Assembly: GCA_025201805.1 (NCBI GenBank)
Contig: MU619335.1
Location: 64,975 to 117,550, forward strand
Direction of reading: 5' to 3'
DNA: 52,576 nt
Source: Parasitella parasitica NRRL 2501
Lineage: Eukaryota > Fungi > Mucoromycota
The notes below the pieces were generated by a model, which was given only the letters and a program-made list of their open reading frames with translations, ran no database searches and was not told the origin of the DNA. The translations under genes and the position numbers were made by a program. Positions within the stretch are counted from its first letter, which is position 1. Every line of letters begins with the position of its first letter. Positions 40,847 to 51,587 of this stretch are shown here, piece by piece.

Positions 40847-42521
40847 TTTCTTTTCTCTATCAACAGATGAGCAAAAAATAAGGGAAAAATGTCTATGAAT
40901 GTATCAGAGAGAGAAAAATTTTCTAACGATTTCAATACTCTTTCTTTTTATACCTTATTTCCGGTAAAATTTCTCCGGCTAAATATTTGCAGATAATCTC
41001 TAATACATTATCAACAGTGTACAGTGTGCCCTGACTGAGCGACAAGATAAAGACCCAGTCCCTCCTATTGCCCCTTATTATTGTAACAACTACAACTGCC
41101 CTTGGGATGAAAGAACTCAAATATCTCTGTTTTTGGCATGCCAGAAGTAAACTAAAATTTTTATTCATAATCAAAAAAAACTAATTCGTTAGGTTGTATA
41201 TTGCCAGATCATGCGATGATTACAATCAGCTAAATATTAAACTGTCCATCACGACTGTATTTTGGTTACACACACATGAGCTACTCAATAAGTTTAATGT
41301 GTATGATATGCTTTTTTAATGACGGTAAACATTAGACATCTGATAATGTCTGTAACCCCAAAGTTTATTGTAGAATCCGCATAGTGGCATTTTGGTTACA
41401 CGCCATAGCATGAGAAGAAGAAGAAAAAAAAAACTCCTATTTAAAGAAAGGCAAAAGCATTTATAATATTTATTCATTTGTAGTGTTTTTGCTTGAACAA
41501 CAGAGATTCTTTTCCCCAAGATAAACTTGAGTACCATTTTATAAGGAACGGCTATTTCGAATTCGGAAATTGCCCATGGCAACTTTGAGAATTTTAAATT
41601 TATATTATTGCATAATTTAGATCTTTGCAAACATTAACCTGAGATATATTCAATAAAAAGAAGAAGAATTGGATAAATAAAGATTGCCTCTACCAAGATT
41701 ACTGCTACATTGGATCCGTTAAACAGGAATTATAACCTGCTGACAACACCTACAGAAGGACGAATGAATATTCGTTGATAAAATTCAAGGTCGCAGATGC
41801 TTCATCTTGTTTTCTGTTGTAGGAGCCATGGTATTCTCCATTTGAAACAGACTCCCAAGAGACTCTCAGTAGAAGTTTCCTAACTAATTCTTTAAACGAC
41901 AAGGTCTTCGAGATGCTTTTTTTTGTGCTGATCGTTCAATGTCTTCAAGATGTTTCTCCTTGCTACGTTGATTTAGTGCTGCTCTTTTAGTCTTGTAGCG
42001 GCTTTGTTCTTCCAAGATGCCTACTGCTTATTTCTCAAGGCTCTTTCAAAATTGTATTGACGGCTCTTTTTAATGGCTCAAGAAGTCTAGCAATCCGGCT
42101 ATTTGATCAACTCTCTGTTGTTCATTTGAAGCGCTATTTGGATCTAAGAATGCGTGATTATCCTTTGATTCTGATAACTGCATTGAAAAATTAGCTGTTT
42201 ACACTCTCTGGCATGGTTTGTTGGGATGATGTATGTCCCTGAACGTAAATTTGTCGTCAGAAAAGTATTTTATTTTACAAGAACAGTAAAAAGACTTATA
42301 AATTTGGTACAAAATGACTTTTTTTTTTTCTGTGACAACATTGAACAGATATTGCAATGAACCATTCTGCTGCACTGTTCATCTTTGTCATTACACAAGG
42401 CCTCCAGCATTTGGTGATTGTACGCCAAGGTGATTGGACAGTGATGTAGTTCAAATACACCTCACGCTCGCACATCTTTATTTATTTGTACCTCTTTTTC
42501 TTTTATTATTTCAATCTTCAT

Positions 42522-44143
42522 ATGAGTTGCCCTACTTTCAAAGTATCTGTTGGGTTCCCTGTCTTTGGCCTCGGCTTTACTGCTGACAACCAACTCATTC
42601 TCTGTGGAGGAGGGGGCGCTTCTCGTTCAGGTGTCAAGAATAAACTGGTATTGTCGACAAGACATATTAAAAAGCACTGCAATATATTTATCTATCTATA
42701 GGCTGCCTACAAAATTGACGCTCGTCGCAAAGATTTGGAAGAGGACGCTACGTTTGAATTTGCAGCTACTGAGGACGCGCCCATGTGTCTCAGTGTACAC
42801 CCTTCTGTAAGTAAATCGCCATATCGTTTGTTGATTATCTAAATTTGTGGTAAATTATAGAGCCCTCATGTTGTCGTTGGGGTCAATGAATCTGAACAAG
42901 ACATGGAGCAAGGCACAAATAACAATTGCCGTACATTCAAGATTTTAGAAGACAAGTAGGTTTTATAGAAATATCGGCAACCTTAAGTATTGAATTCACC
43001 ATTTTAATCTGGTAGACTCGAGCTGGAGAAAGCTATCAACACATTGAAAAGTAACAAAGCAAAGGATTATCAAAAGGTTGTTCGTTTCAACGAGAAAGGA
43101 ACTTTGGTTGCTACAGGAACTACAGATAGACAAGTGCAAGTGTTTAAATACCCTGAATTCGACAGTGTTTCTCAAGCAATTACAGTTTCCGAGGACGAGA
43201 AAGAGGAAGTTTTGGATGTCGACATCAACCTTGAAAACGAAAAACTTACATGCGTATTAGCAAACAACTTAAAATTGATCAACCTTCGTGGAAAGAATGT
43301 GGGTCAAGTTGTTCAAACAATATCCAGTTCTACAATCATCATCAGAAAGAACACGGTTAAATTCAGAGCGTTTAGGTAATAGAGATATTTACGTGTGCGT
43401 TATACACATCTAATCACAAGGAAAAGATATGGCCGTGGTTTCAGCAAGGACTTTGGCTTTGCCGTTGCAAATGGTTTTACAAAACCTGGAGCTTACATTG
43501 CTAAATACGACGCTTATTCACTCGATCAAATCAAAGTTGTCAAAGTTGGGAACAAACCTATTACTGCTTTTGCCATTAGCCAAGATGGCGCTGTGTTGGC
43601 GTTTGCATCTGCAGACTTAAGCATCACTTTGTTGGATGCTGCTTCATTCAGAGTAAGTAGCTGTGAATCTTCAATTGCATTTCAGTATTAAGAAGTCTCA
43701 TTTAGATTCTCACACGAATTAAAGACGCTCATGGATTCTCAATTACATGCATTGCTGTCAGCCCTGATAGACGTCTAATAGCGAGCGCTTCAGCTGATAA
43801 TACATGCCGTATTGTCTCCCTTCCAATCCAATTCGGTAACGGCTTATCCATCAATCCTATCTATACTCTTGTTTTGGCTTGTACAGTTGCGGCCATTTTA
43901 GTTTGGATTCTAAATTTTGTCGAACTTCAACCACTGTTTAGACTTGAAGATGACAACAATGCTCTTGAGGTGACTGATGCTACCAAGACAATTGTGCCAC
44001 AAATGTCTACATCTCTTTCTTCTATCGATGATGAAATCGCTTCAGAGATGCCTGTCATTCAAGTTGTTTCCGAGCCTATTATTGCAGCCGATGACTCCAA
44101 AACTATCAACCAAGATGGAAATACTAATAGAGATGAGCTGTAA
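42522..44143 (+). CDS. SEC12: Sec12/PREB-like WD40 GEF for Sar1 with C-terminal TM helix
   Basis: GGGGASRSGVKNKL K-loop, DYQKVVRF, WD repeats (AFASADLSI; AHGFSIT..SASADNTCRIV) and a TM segment. Confidence 0.85.
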
Positions 44144-44244
44144 GCCTGCCTATAATATCAGCCACCAAAAATAAACATGTAGATTTAGTTCATTCAATTC
44201 GCTTTTATTTATGTGCGTATCGCCGTTATCGTGATGCTTCGTAT

Positions 44245-44695
44245 TTATTGTTGATCTTTGAATTGTTTAGACCACTATAATCGAGTTAGTGGGTGATAAA
44301 CACGCTACTCACAAGGAGATAGTTACCATCATGGAAGGAATCCAGCGCTTAGGTTGTTGGTAACGAACCTAATGACTATTTAACAATCCAATACTATCAT
44401 TTGCCAGTTTCAATATTGTACCTCTTTATCAGCAGATACTCTCCAGACAGCACCAAGGGTAACTGCCATACCTAACGCAGCAACAATAGTGTTAGCTTTC
44501 CAGGTTTTGGGTCTGGACCACCAACCACCAGCAGGAGACCTATGCCATTGTCAACAGAGACGTGGGGAAATGTACACATTCAAATACTAATTACCAAACG
44601 TCTTTAGGATAAGGATAACGACTAACAGCACCCTGAATTGTTTTCAATATTGGTTAGTTTGGGTTACTTTCAAGCAGTCTGTCAGTATTTACCAT
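44245..44695 (-). CDS. Small mitochondrial membrane protein, likely a fungal complex I accessory subunit (NUUM-like); five exons, absent from the ORF track
   Basis: Spliced product MGAVSRYPYPKDVWSPAGGWWSRPKTWKANTIVAALGMAVTLGAVWRVSADKEVRYQQPKRWIPSMMWSKQFKDQQ*; all introns GT-AG. Confidence 0.75.
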
Positions 44696-45293
44696 ATTAG
44701 ATAGTGTAAGGATTTAAGAAAAGAAAATATTACGGCGAATTAGTACTTCTGCCCTGGGGTCCAGTAGTCAAAACCTGCTGAGAGTCTCGATACGTCATCC
44801 TCTCAAATATCCCTCAAGAGGAAATCATCTCTGATCTCAAGGAAAGATAAGGATTCACAACATGAAAAATTCAGAGATGTATATGAGATAGCTTCCATAG
44901 CTTTTAAATAGTTTATTTCTTAATATATTTTCTCCAGTACTAGAAAAAAACCTTTCAAAGTTTGCAAGGGGCCTATTCGCTAATTGAATACTCGATATTA
45001 TAGTGTCTATGATTAAGTGATATCACACAATAAAAAGGTAGCTATAGCGCAAATCAAAGACTCTATTTCCTCTTATTGCTGATTATTGTAGGCTCCCTCA
45101 TGATTAAAACAAATAATCCATTATTTCTCAATCATATGAGCAAAAAATGTGATCCCAAAACAATAGAAGTGGTATTGGGAATCTCCGCAACATTGATATA
45201 CGTAATCGTTTGATTCAATCCAACTTGCACGAATCCATACATCCATCCATCCATCCTCAGATCCTGTTTATTTCATCTTTCTAAACAATAATA

Positions 45294-45953
45294 ATGGCTG
45301 ACACTGAAGAAAAGAAGATTATCAACCAAGTAAACACATAATACGCACGATTTGGCAATGCAGACTCTGTGTAATAACTAACGGTTCCTTTTATTCAGGA
45401 AGAGGAGGAAGTTGAATCCCCTGATGTTCACTTTGAACCGCTTGTCAAATTAGAAGAGGTCGAAGTAAAGACTAACGAAGAAAATGAAGATGCTATTTTC
45501 AAAATGTAAATAATTTGAAAAACGCGTTAAATTCGAACTGTTGGTATCCTAACAAACAAAAACAGGCGTGCCAAGCTGTTCCGTTACCATAAGGAAAGCA
45601 AAGAATGGAAGGAGCGTGGTACTGGCGACGTCAAGTTATTACAGCACAAAGAAAACAAGAAGATTCGTCTTTTGATGCGTCGTGATAAGACTCTTAAGGT
45701 TTGCGCCAACCATTTTGTTGATTCCACCATGAAGCTTAGCCCCAATGTTGGCTCTGACCGCTCTTGGGTTTGGAATGCCTTTGCTGATGCCTCTGAAGAA
45801 GAAGTTTCTGCCGAAACTTTTGCTATCCGTTTTGGTAACTCTGAAAATGCTAATCTTTTCAAGGAAGAGTTTGAGAAAGCTCAAAAGAACAATGAAGAGC
45901 TGAAGAAAGAGGATAAGAAAGAGGATAAGAAAGAGGATGAGAAAGATGCTTAA
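45294..45953 (+). CDS. YRB1: Ran-binding protein 1
   Basis: [30 protein letters not shown] and [14 protein letters not shown]; two introns. Confidence 0.95.
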
Positions 45954-46531
45954 ATTCAATAAATTATGCAAACCACACCACTACCTTCACCGCCTTCACC
46001 ATAATCACCACCTTCTCCCTTTATTAAATATACTTTTTCTCTTTGAATTAAGAATACATGCGACTATATATCGATAAATCTTTTTTTTTTTTTTTATTTC
46101 GTTCATCAATGTGGAAACTTTCGATGACCAGAATAACAGATCTTGCCCTAAATTTTGAGCCAATTTGGCATTAATACGCTATTCCCTGAGCTGAAAATGT
46201 CTCTCTTTTTATGTTCAAGCTAAGGTAGTTGACTTTTGGCAGTATTTAGATATTACTGTTGCCTTTGTAGATATTGCTGCCATTTGTATTAATTTAATAC
46301 GGCCGGAGCGAAAAGCTTGCTGACAGCTTACATTAGATACATATTAAAGCAATCTTATCAAAATTGAGCAGCTAAATAGCACAGGCCTTTTATCCACAGC
46401 ATAACAAAAGTTGGTTACTGAATTTCACCTGTTTAGCTTTGCTTATGTTGCTTTTCTTAATTAGAGGCCTTACAGTTGACGAAACTAGGTTGGGTCAATG
46501 AAAATAAATTTTGGTCATTTCCAAATTGAGT

Positions 46532-46664
46532 TGGGACACGATTACAAAAATGGGCCACTACTAGGAAAATGGGTCACGAATACGAAAATGGGACGTTAAT
46601 ATGAAAGTGGGACATCGACATGAAAATGGGACACATAAGAGAATACGAGACACGAACACAACTG
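46532..46664 (+). repeat. Left subterminal array of 19-bp units (TGGGAC-N9-AAAA), 6 clear units plus 1 degenerate
   Basis: TGGG starts at 46532, 46551, 46570, 46589, 46608 and 46627, an exact 19-bp period. Confidence 0.9.
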
Positions 46665-47340
46665 TGGAACTATACCGAACAGATTCAAAGAGTTTTTTTC
46701 TTGGTTCAATTTGAGGGCGCAGCCCTGAAAACAGCAACCTTTTATAGAACTTGTATCATATTCTAGTACTTTATGATCTAAGTGCCAAAGTCAAAATTTA
46801 TTTGTGTACTATTTTTACTTGGCTAACAAGGCCTTTAAGTAATAGCTGAAATAATTCTGCTCAGGTCTAAAAATGAATTGAATATGTTATCTTGTTTTTC
46901 TATTGTTGTTATACCCAATGCCAAAATGGGTGCTCTTACCAAAAAAGAAAAAAAAAGCATGATATACATCAGTATCGCGATCGAAAAAATCAATCAGGTT
47001 TGTTGGTTAATTGAGTTGGTAAATAGATAGAAAAGTAGATTGACAAGTAGTACTTCGAAAGCTTTGTATAGATTCATTTCAGTTAAAATCTAAATGAGGA
47101 TATTCTCGATGAAAACTAGCTAGGTATTTATAATTTATTAAAAACAGAGTCTGGTCTTGATATACAATATAACAACATTGGCAGCCGGGCGATATCAGTA
47201 ATTGGATTAGAAAATATATCAACAGGTGGGACCCATGTGTGTGCATTCTCTTTCGGATCTCTCGATCGGGTTGACAAGATTTGATCTAGTTGACAGATAA
47301 ATGTTGTCTTGAACTCTTTTTACTTCTTTTCAATTAACCA

Positions 47341-49960
47341 ATGCCACGCATACCTATTTACCCTGAAGTGGAGAAGTTCATAATCCTCAAGAAACGTACA
47401 AAGCTAGAGGAGGTCGAATCTGATAACAAGAAAGAAAACTCTACCACTCAGACCTCAAAGAGAACATGTAAGTAAAAAGACACTTTATGTGATTCCAAGG
47501 TTTTACAAGCTAATGCATATAAAGCTACCAAGAGGAAGGACTCTCCTGCTTTAACAACAGCAAAAAGGAATGCAAAGAAAAGTCGCCAAGCTAGTACTTC
47601 AGCAGCATCATCCTCTAAGAATAATTGTAGCTCTTGTCAAGAGGAAGGGCATAGCTCTGCAAGAAGTTCCCAATGCAAAAACTATAATCCAAAGCTACCG
47701 GAACGTCTACAAATCAGACTTGGATCCCATCAAAGATACACTCTCTCTGTTCCATTTGAAACTCTTTGTAATGATACTCCAAACAAAGCCAATGCTTTAA
47801 AAAAAGTCAAGGGCATATCAAGCTTTGTCTGTGAAGTCTTGTTCAAAGCTCAACTATTTGTAAACCATTTTATTCTGCAACATCCAAACAAGCTGACAAA
47901 TGACTTCTTTGATCAAAATTTTTGGTATACTATTTCAAGAGTTATTAGGGGCAGCTCAAATAAAGTAAAGCCAACTCTGCAGGCTTACAAAGATACGAAA
48001 AAGGAACGACCTGCAGGATAGAACCTAGATGTGGATCAACTTGCGAGCTCTTTTGTTAACTTGTCTGCTACTTCAAATGGTAGCTTATTTGTTTCAGAAA
48101 ATGGATTAAAGAATTATGGACAATCTCTGTCAACTGCATGCGAGACTGTCGCAACAGCATATAACAACTACTATATTGAAAACTTTGAAAAAATCATATG
48201 CGACTACTTCATATATACACTGAAGACAGAGTACCCCGTAAGTAACGAGACATAATAACAAGCACTTCAATATACATGTTCAATTTCTCAAATTGTTATA
48301 CTAAAATTACATAAACTAGGATGCGAAGATCAGCTGTATCAAGAACTTGGTATATAATCACGTATACAATCAAGTGCTTACACATTCCCAACCTTCATCT
48401 GTATCTGTTGATATTCTTGCCCTATTTGATCCGGATGTGGCCAGTAATCTTACAATTTTCTTAAATCCTTTGATTTTAGAGGTCAAAAATCGCATTTCCA
48501 CGCTTCCATTGACTAAAGAAAGCTTAAACAATGAACCCTTCAAAATTTTACCGCCATTACGGTATATCCTCAACAAATACGATGATATATACAGGACCCA
48601 AGCTGCTCAAAAAGACAAGGCCGACTCAACGAAGCCCCCGCTTCCAAGACGTTTTAGTTTATTCCCAAATCCCTCATTGCACTGGCGGTTCATAAAGATT
48701 GATGCCCAGAACCTGACCGGAATTTTCCCAGAGGCCAAGCAAAAGAAGCAAGCCAATGAATCCTCTTTTGATCATCAACAAAGGTGCTTCTATCAAGCTT
48801 TTGCTTTCAAAAAGCTGGGTATTCAAAGGCAAATACTGCTAATACACATACCTATGAATCAAACTGCTGATAAAAAAATATATAGTTGTGAAAAGCTTCT
48901 AACATTGCCTGAAGAAAAAGGAAGAATGTTTCTTAACGGATTGTACACTGATGGCTATACGTGCAGAGTTTTATTTGCTAGAAGAGTGCTTCCATCATCT
49001 CCAGAAGACAATACCTGTCTAGAGTTGGATGATTTTTCAAGCGAAGAGGTGAACAAGCATTTCCGTCCATGCACTGTAGACCCGGGAAGACGGGATCCTT
49101 TCGTCTCTTATCATGGTGGTACTGACATACGTCGCTTGTCCTCAATCGAATACTATAATATGGGTGGAAGTGTAACAAGAATGAAAAAGCAACAGAAACA
49201 CAAACAAGAACTAGGCATTGAAAAGATTGAAACAGACATTCCCTCGCCTAAAACTGCATCTGTGGAGCAATTTGTTCTGNNNNNNNNNNNNNNNNNNNNN
49301 NNNNNNNNNNNNNNNNNNNNNNNNNNNNNNNNNNNNNNNNNNNNNNNNNNNNNNNNNNNNNNNNNNNNNNNNNNNNNNNNNNNNNNNNNNNNNNNNNNNN
49401 NNNNNNNNNNNNNNNNNNNNNNNNNNNNNNNNNNNNNNNNNNNNNNNNNNNNNNNNNNNNNNNNNNNNNNNNNNNNNNNNNNNNNNNNNNNNNNNNNNNN
49501 NNNNNNNNNNNNNNNNNNNNNNNNNNNNNNNNNNNNNNNNNNNNNNNNNNNNNNNNNNNNNNNNNNNNNNNNNNNNNNNNNNNNNNNNNNNNNNNNNNNN
49601 NNNNNNNNNNNNNNNNNNNNNNNNNNNNNNNNNNNNNNNNNNNNNNNNNNNNNNNNNNNNNNNNNNNNNNNNNNNNNNNNNNNNNNNNNNNNNNNNNNNN
49701 NNNNNNNNNNNNNNNNNNNNNNNNNNNNNNNNNNNNNNNNNNNNNNNNNTAAGCCATGACAACGAAGAAACCAAAATCCATCAGGTATTGAAGTGTAAAA
49801 CTTGAATATTTACTGGAATCGCGATGCCATGGCCTCAAAGAACATGCTCACCATTGCCACATCAATTTGGTGTGGAAATGGCCGCCCCCAGGTCTTCAAA
49901 AGACATACCGCCACCTCCAATGTGGTTGTTGCTGCTCACTCCGGTGAGTCAGCAACTTAA
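47341..49960 (+). pseudogene. Fanzor1-type (TnpB-derived) RuvC nuclease gene, multi-exon, apparently inactivated in this copy
   Basis: RRFSLFP.PS...RFIKID, LYTDGYTCRVLF, RuvC-I TVDPGRRD and EYY..GG. After the gap come HQVLKCKT[C] and RuvC-III WNRDAMASKNM..GRPQVF. Introns at 47468-47524 and 48238-48319, probably also 48829-48885. In-frame TAG at 48019-48021 and a 1-bp deletion near 49805. Confidence 0.88.
49280..49749. other. Assembly gap (470 N), expected to hide the RuvC-II motif
   Basis: Run of N. Confidence 1.
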
Positions 49961-50185
49961 AGATATTGCAGGTAAGAAGCTGTAACAATTCTGATTCTTC
50001 TGAAAGATACTAACATTGTCTCCATGTTCGTACTCATGTCCCATTTTCATCTTGTTGTCCCATTTTCGTATTCGTGACCCATTTTTGTAATCGTGTCCCA
50101 ACTCAATTTGGAAATGACCAAAATTTATTTTCATTGGCCCAACCTAGTTTCGTCCGTCAACTGTACTAGTGTACTTGAATCGTCA
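49900..50185 (+). ncRNA. Candidate Fanzor omega-RNA precursor (scaffold overlapping the ORF 3' end; guide from right flank)
   Basis: 12-bp hairpin at 49928-49956; position matches the known TnpB/Fanzor layout. Boundaries are inferred. Confidence 0.55.
50018..50100 (-). repeat. Right subterminal array of 19-bp units, 4 clear units plus 1 degenerate
   Basis: CCA unit ends at 50024, 50043, 50062, 50081 and 50100. Confidence 0.9.
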
Positions 50186-51082
50186 TATTTTTCCTGAAAG
50201 CCAAGTCAACGAAAAAATACAAACAACACCTTTTAAAACTATTATCTATTTTTTAGATAAAGATAATTAATGTCAATTAAACTATGATAAAGATATGAAC
50301 CTTGTTGTGTCCATAGAGTACCATGGCTACCACTATTTCAACTCGGTTGTCATGGCAGTCATTCCTGATCTGATCTTGAGGCTAAATGTCACCGTGTTAC
50401 TGTATTCTATTACAATAAATAGAAGTAACAATAATAGAGTGTCGTGTCGTATAAGAAATCATCTTAGGTTCTACTTATTAAATTACGAAGTTAAGCTTAC
50501 CGATGAATGATTCACATTCATAATGATTACCTGATTAAATATAGAGATAGGTCTTGATCTGGCTACTACTGTGTTATGCTCTTGTTTGACAATTAAAATG
50601 TCAAACATGATTAGATTGTATTCATTGACTGGCTCATAAAGAATTTATTCTAGTTTGAATAGACAACCTCATGTCAATCAATGAAATTAATAGCTTAGTA
50701 TCTGGTAAATTAAGTTTTTATTACTTTCTTTTTCTTTCATCATATACAATCACCCACTTTACTCATTTTCAAGACTGATTTATCAGAATGAGAAATTATT
50801 CAAATAAAACGGTTGTGAATTAATCAGGTTAAGATCTCGTTTATTACATGGAAAAATGATGATTTATATACTAGTGAATCTAAATGGACTGAGGAGGGGG
50901 ATAAGATATAAGTGCGAGACATGCTGTAAACTAGAGAATGGACGATAGATTTTATCTATTGTCCATGAACATGTCATGTTAAGTTATAAATAAGGAACAT
51001 GATCCATTGGGATATGTTCCTAAATTGTGTTCAGGATTGAGTTTACTAGAGTTTGACTTTCGGTTGGGAAATCGACACATCA

Positions 51083-51587
51083 ATTGCTTGGGATACATTT
51101 TAGTATAAATAGAGATCATATCTTATATCAATAAAAGTCTTAATAACTTTCTTTATTTTGACATTTACATAACATTTCGCTGGGTCCTTTGACACTGGCA
51201 CAACAGAGATGAATTGTCTTTTTGGAAATAGATGTGATTGTTTTTGATTTATGCCTGACAGGTTCATGACACCCAGTTACGGGATCCGTGTAGCTTTATC
51301 TCAAAATAATCTGTTAGACAAGAGAATTATTTAAAAAAAATAGTTCCTAAAACATCAGACATATCCCTACTACTTTCAAAACAATTCTAGATTATTATTT
51401 CATCTTGTAAAATTATATAAATTCGATATAATGTTGTGCCAGCGTCAAAGGGCACAGCGAAATGTTATGTAAATGTCAAAATAAAGAAAGTAATAAAGAC
51501 TTTTATGAATAAACCAGATACAAAACTGAAGACTTTTATTGACATAAGACATGATCTCTACTTATACTAAAATATATCCCAATCAAT
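51083..51587. mobile_element. Foldback/MITE-like element with long inverted arms
   Basis: 51083-51205 is the reverse complement of 51433-51587 (e.g. TTTGACATTTACATAACATTTCGCTG vs CAGCGAAATGTTATGTAAATGTCAAA), with an insertion of about 30 bp in the right arm. No ORF. Confidence 0.75.

Larger units (their letters stand above)
46473..50163 (+). mobile_element. Non-autonomous TIR DNA transposon (TA TSD, CAGT.. ends, Tc1/mariner-like) carrying a Fanzor gene
   Basis: TA|CAGTTGACGAAACTAGGTTGGG.. at 46473 and ..CCCAACCTAGTTTCGTC(CGTC)AACTG|TA at 50163. About 82 bp of near-perfect TIR (one substitution, one 4-bp duplication). No transposase visible; 470-N gap inside. Confidence 0.93.

Noticed and set aside
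41700-42215. Coding-like minus-strand stretch with several stops
   Set aside because: Could be a pseudogene relic, but no family was recognisable.
46532-46664. CRISPR-like repeat-spacer array next to a Cas12-related nuclease
   Set aside because: Units are only 19 bp with 9-nt variable parts and are mirrored at both transposon ends, which fits subterminal repeats rather than a CRISPR array.
49211-49838. Long ORFs spanning the N run, and antisense ORFs over real genes throughout the window
   Set aside because: Artefacts of the gap, or shadow frames with no independent support.
49972-50006. Alternative short intron using the AAG at 50006
   Set aside because: 35 nt is shorter than the introns seen in this window and it lies upstream of TACTAAC. 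Disfavoured but not formally excluded.
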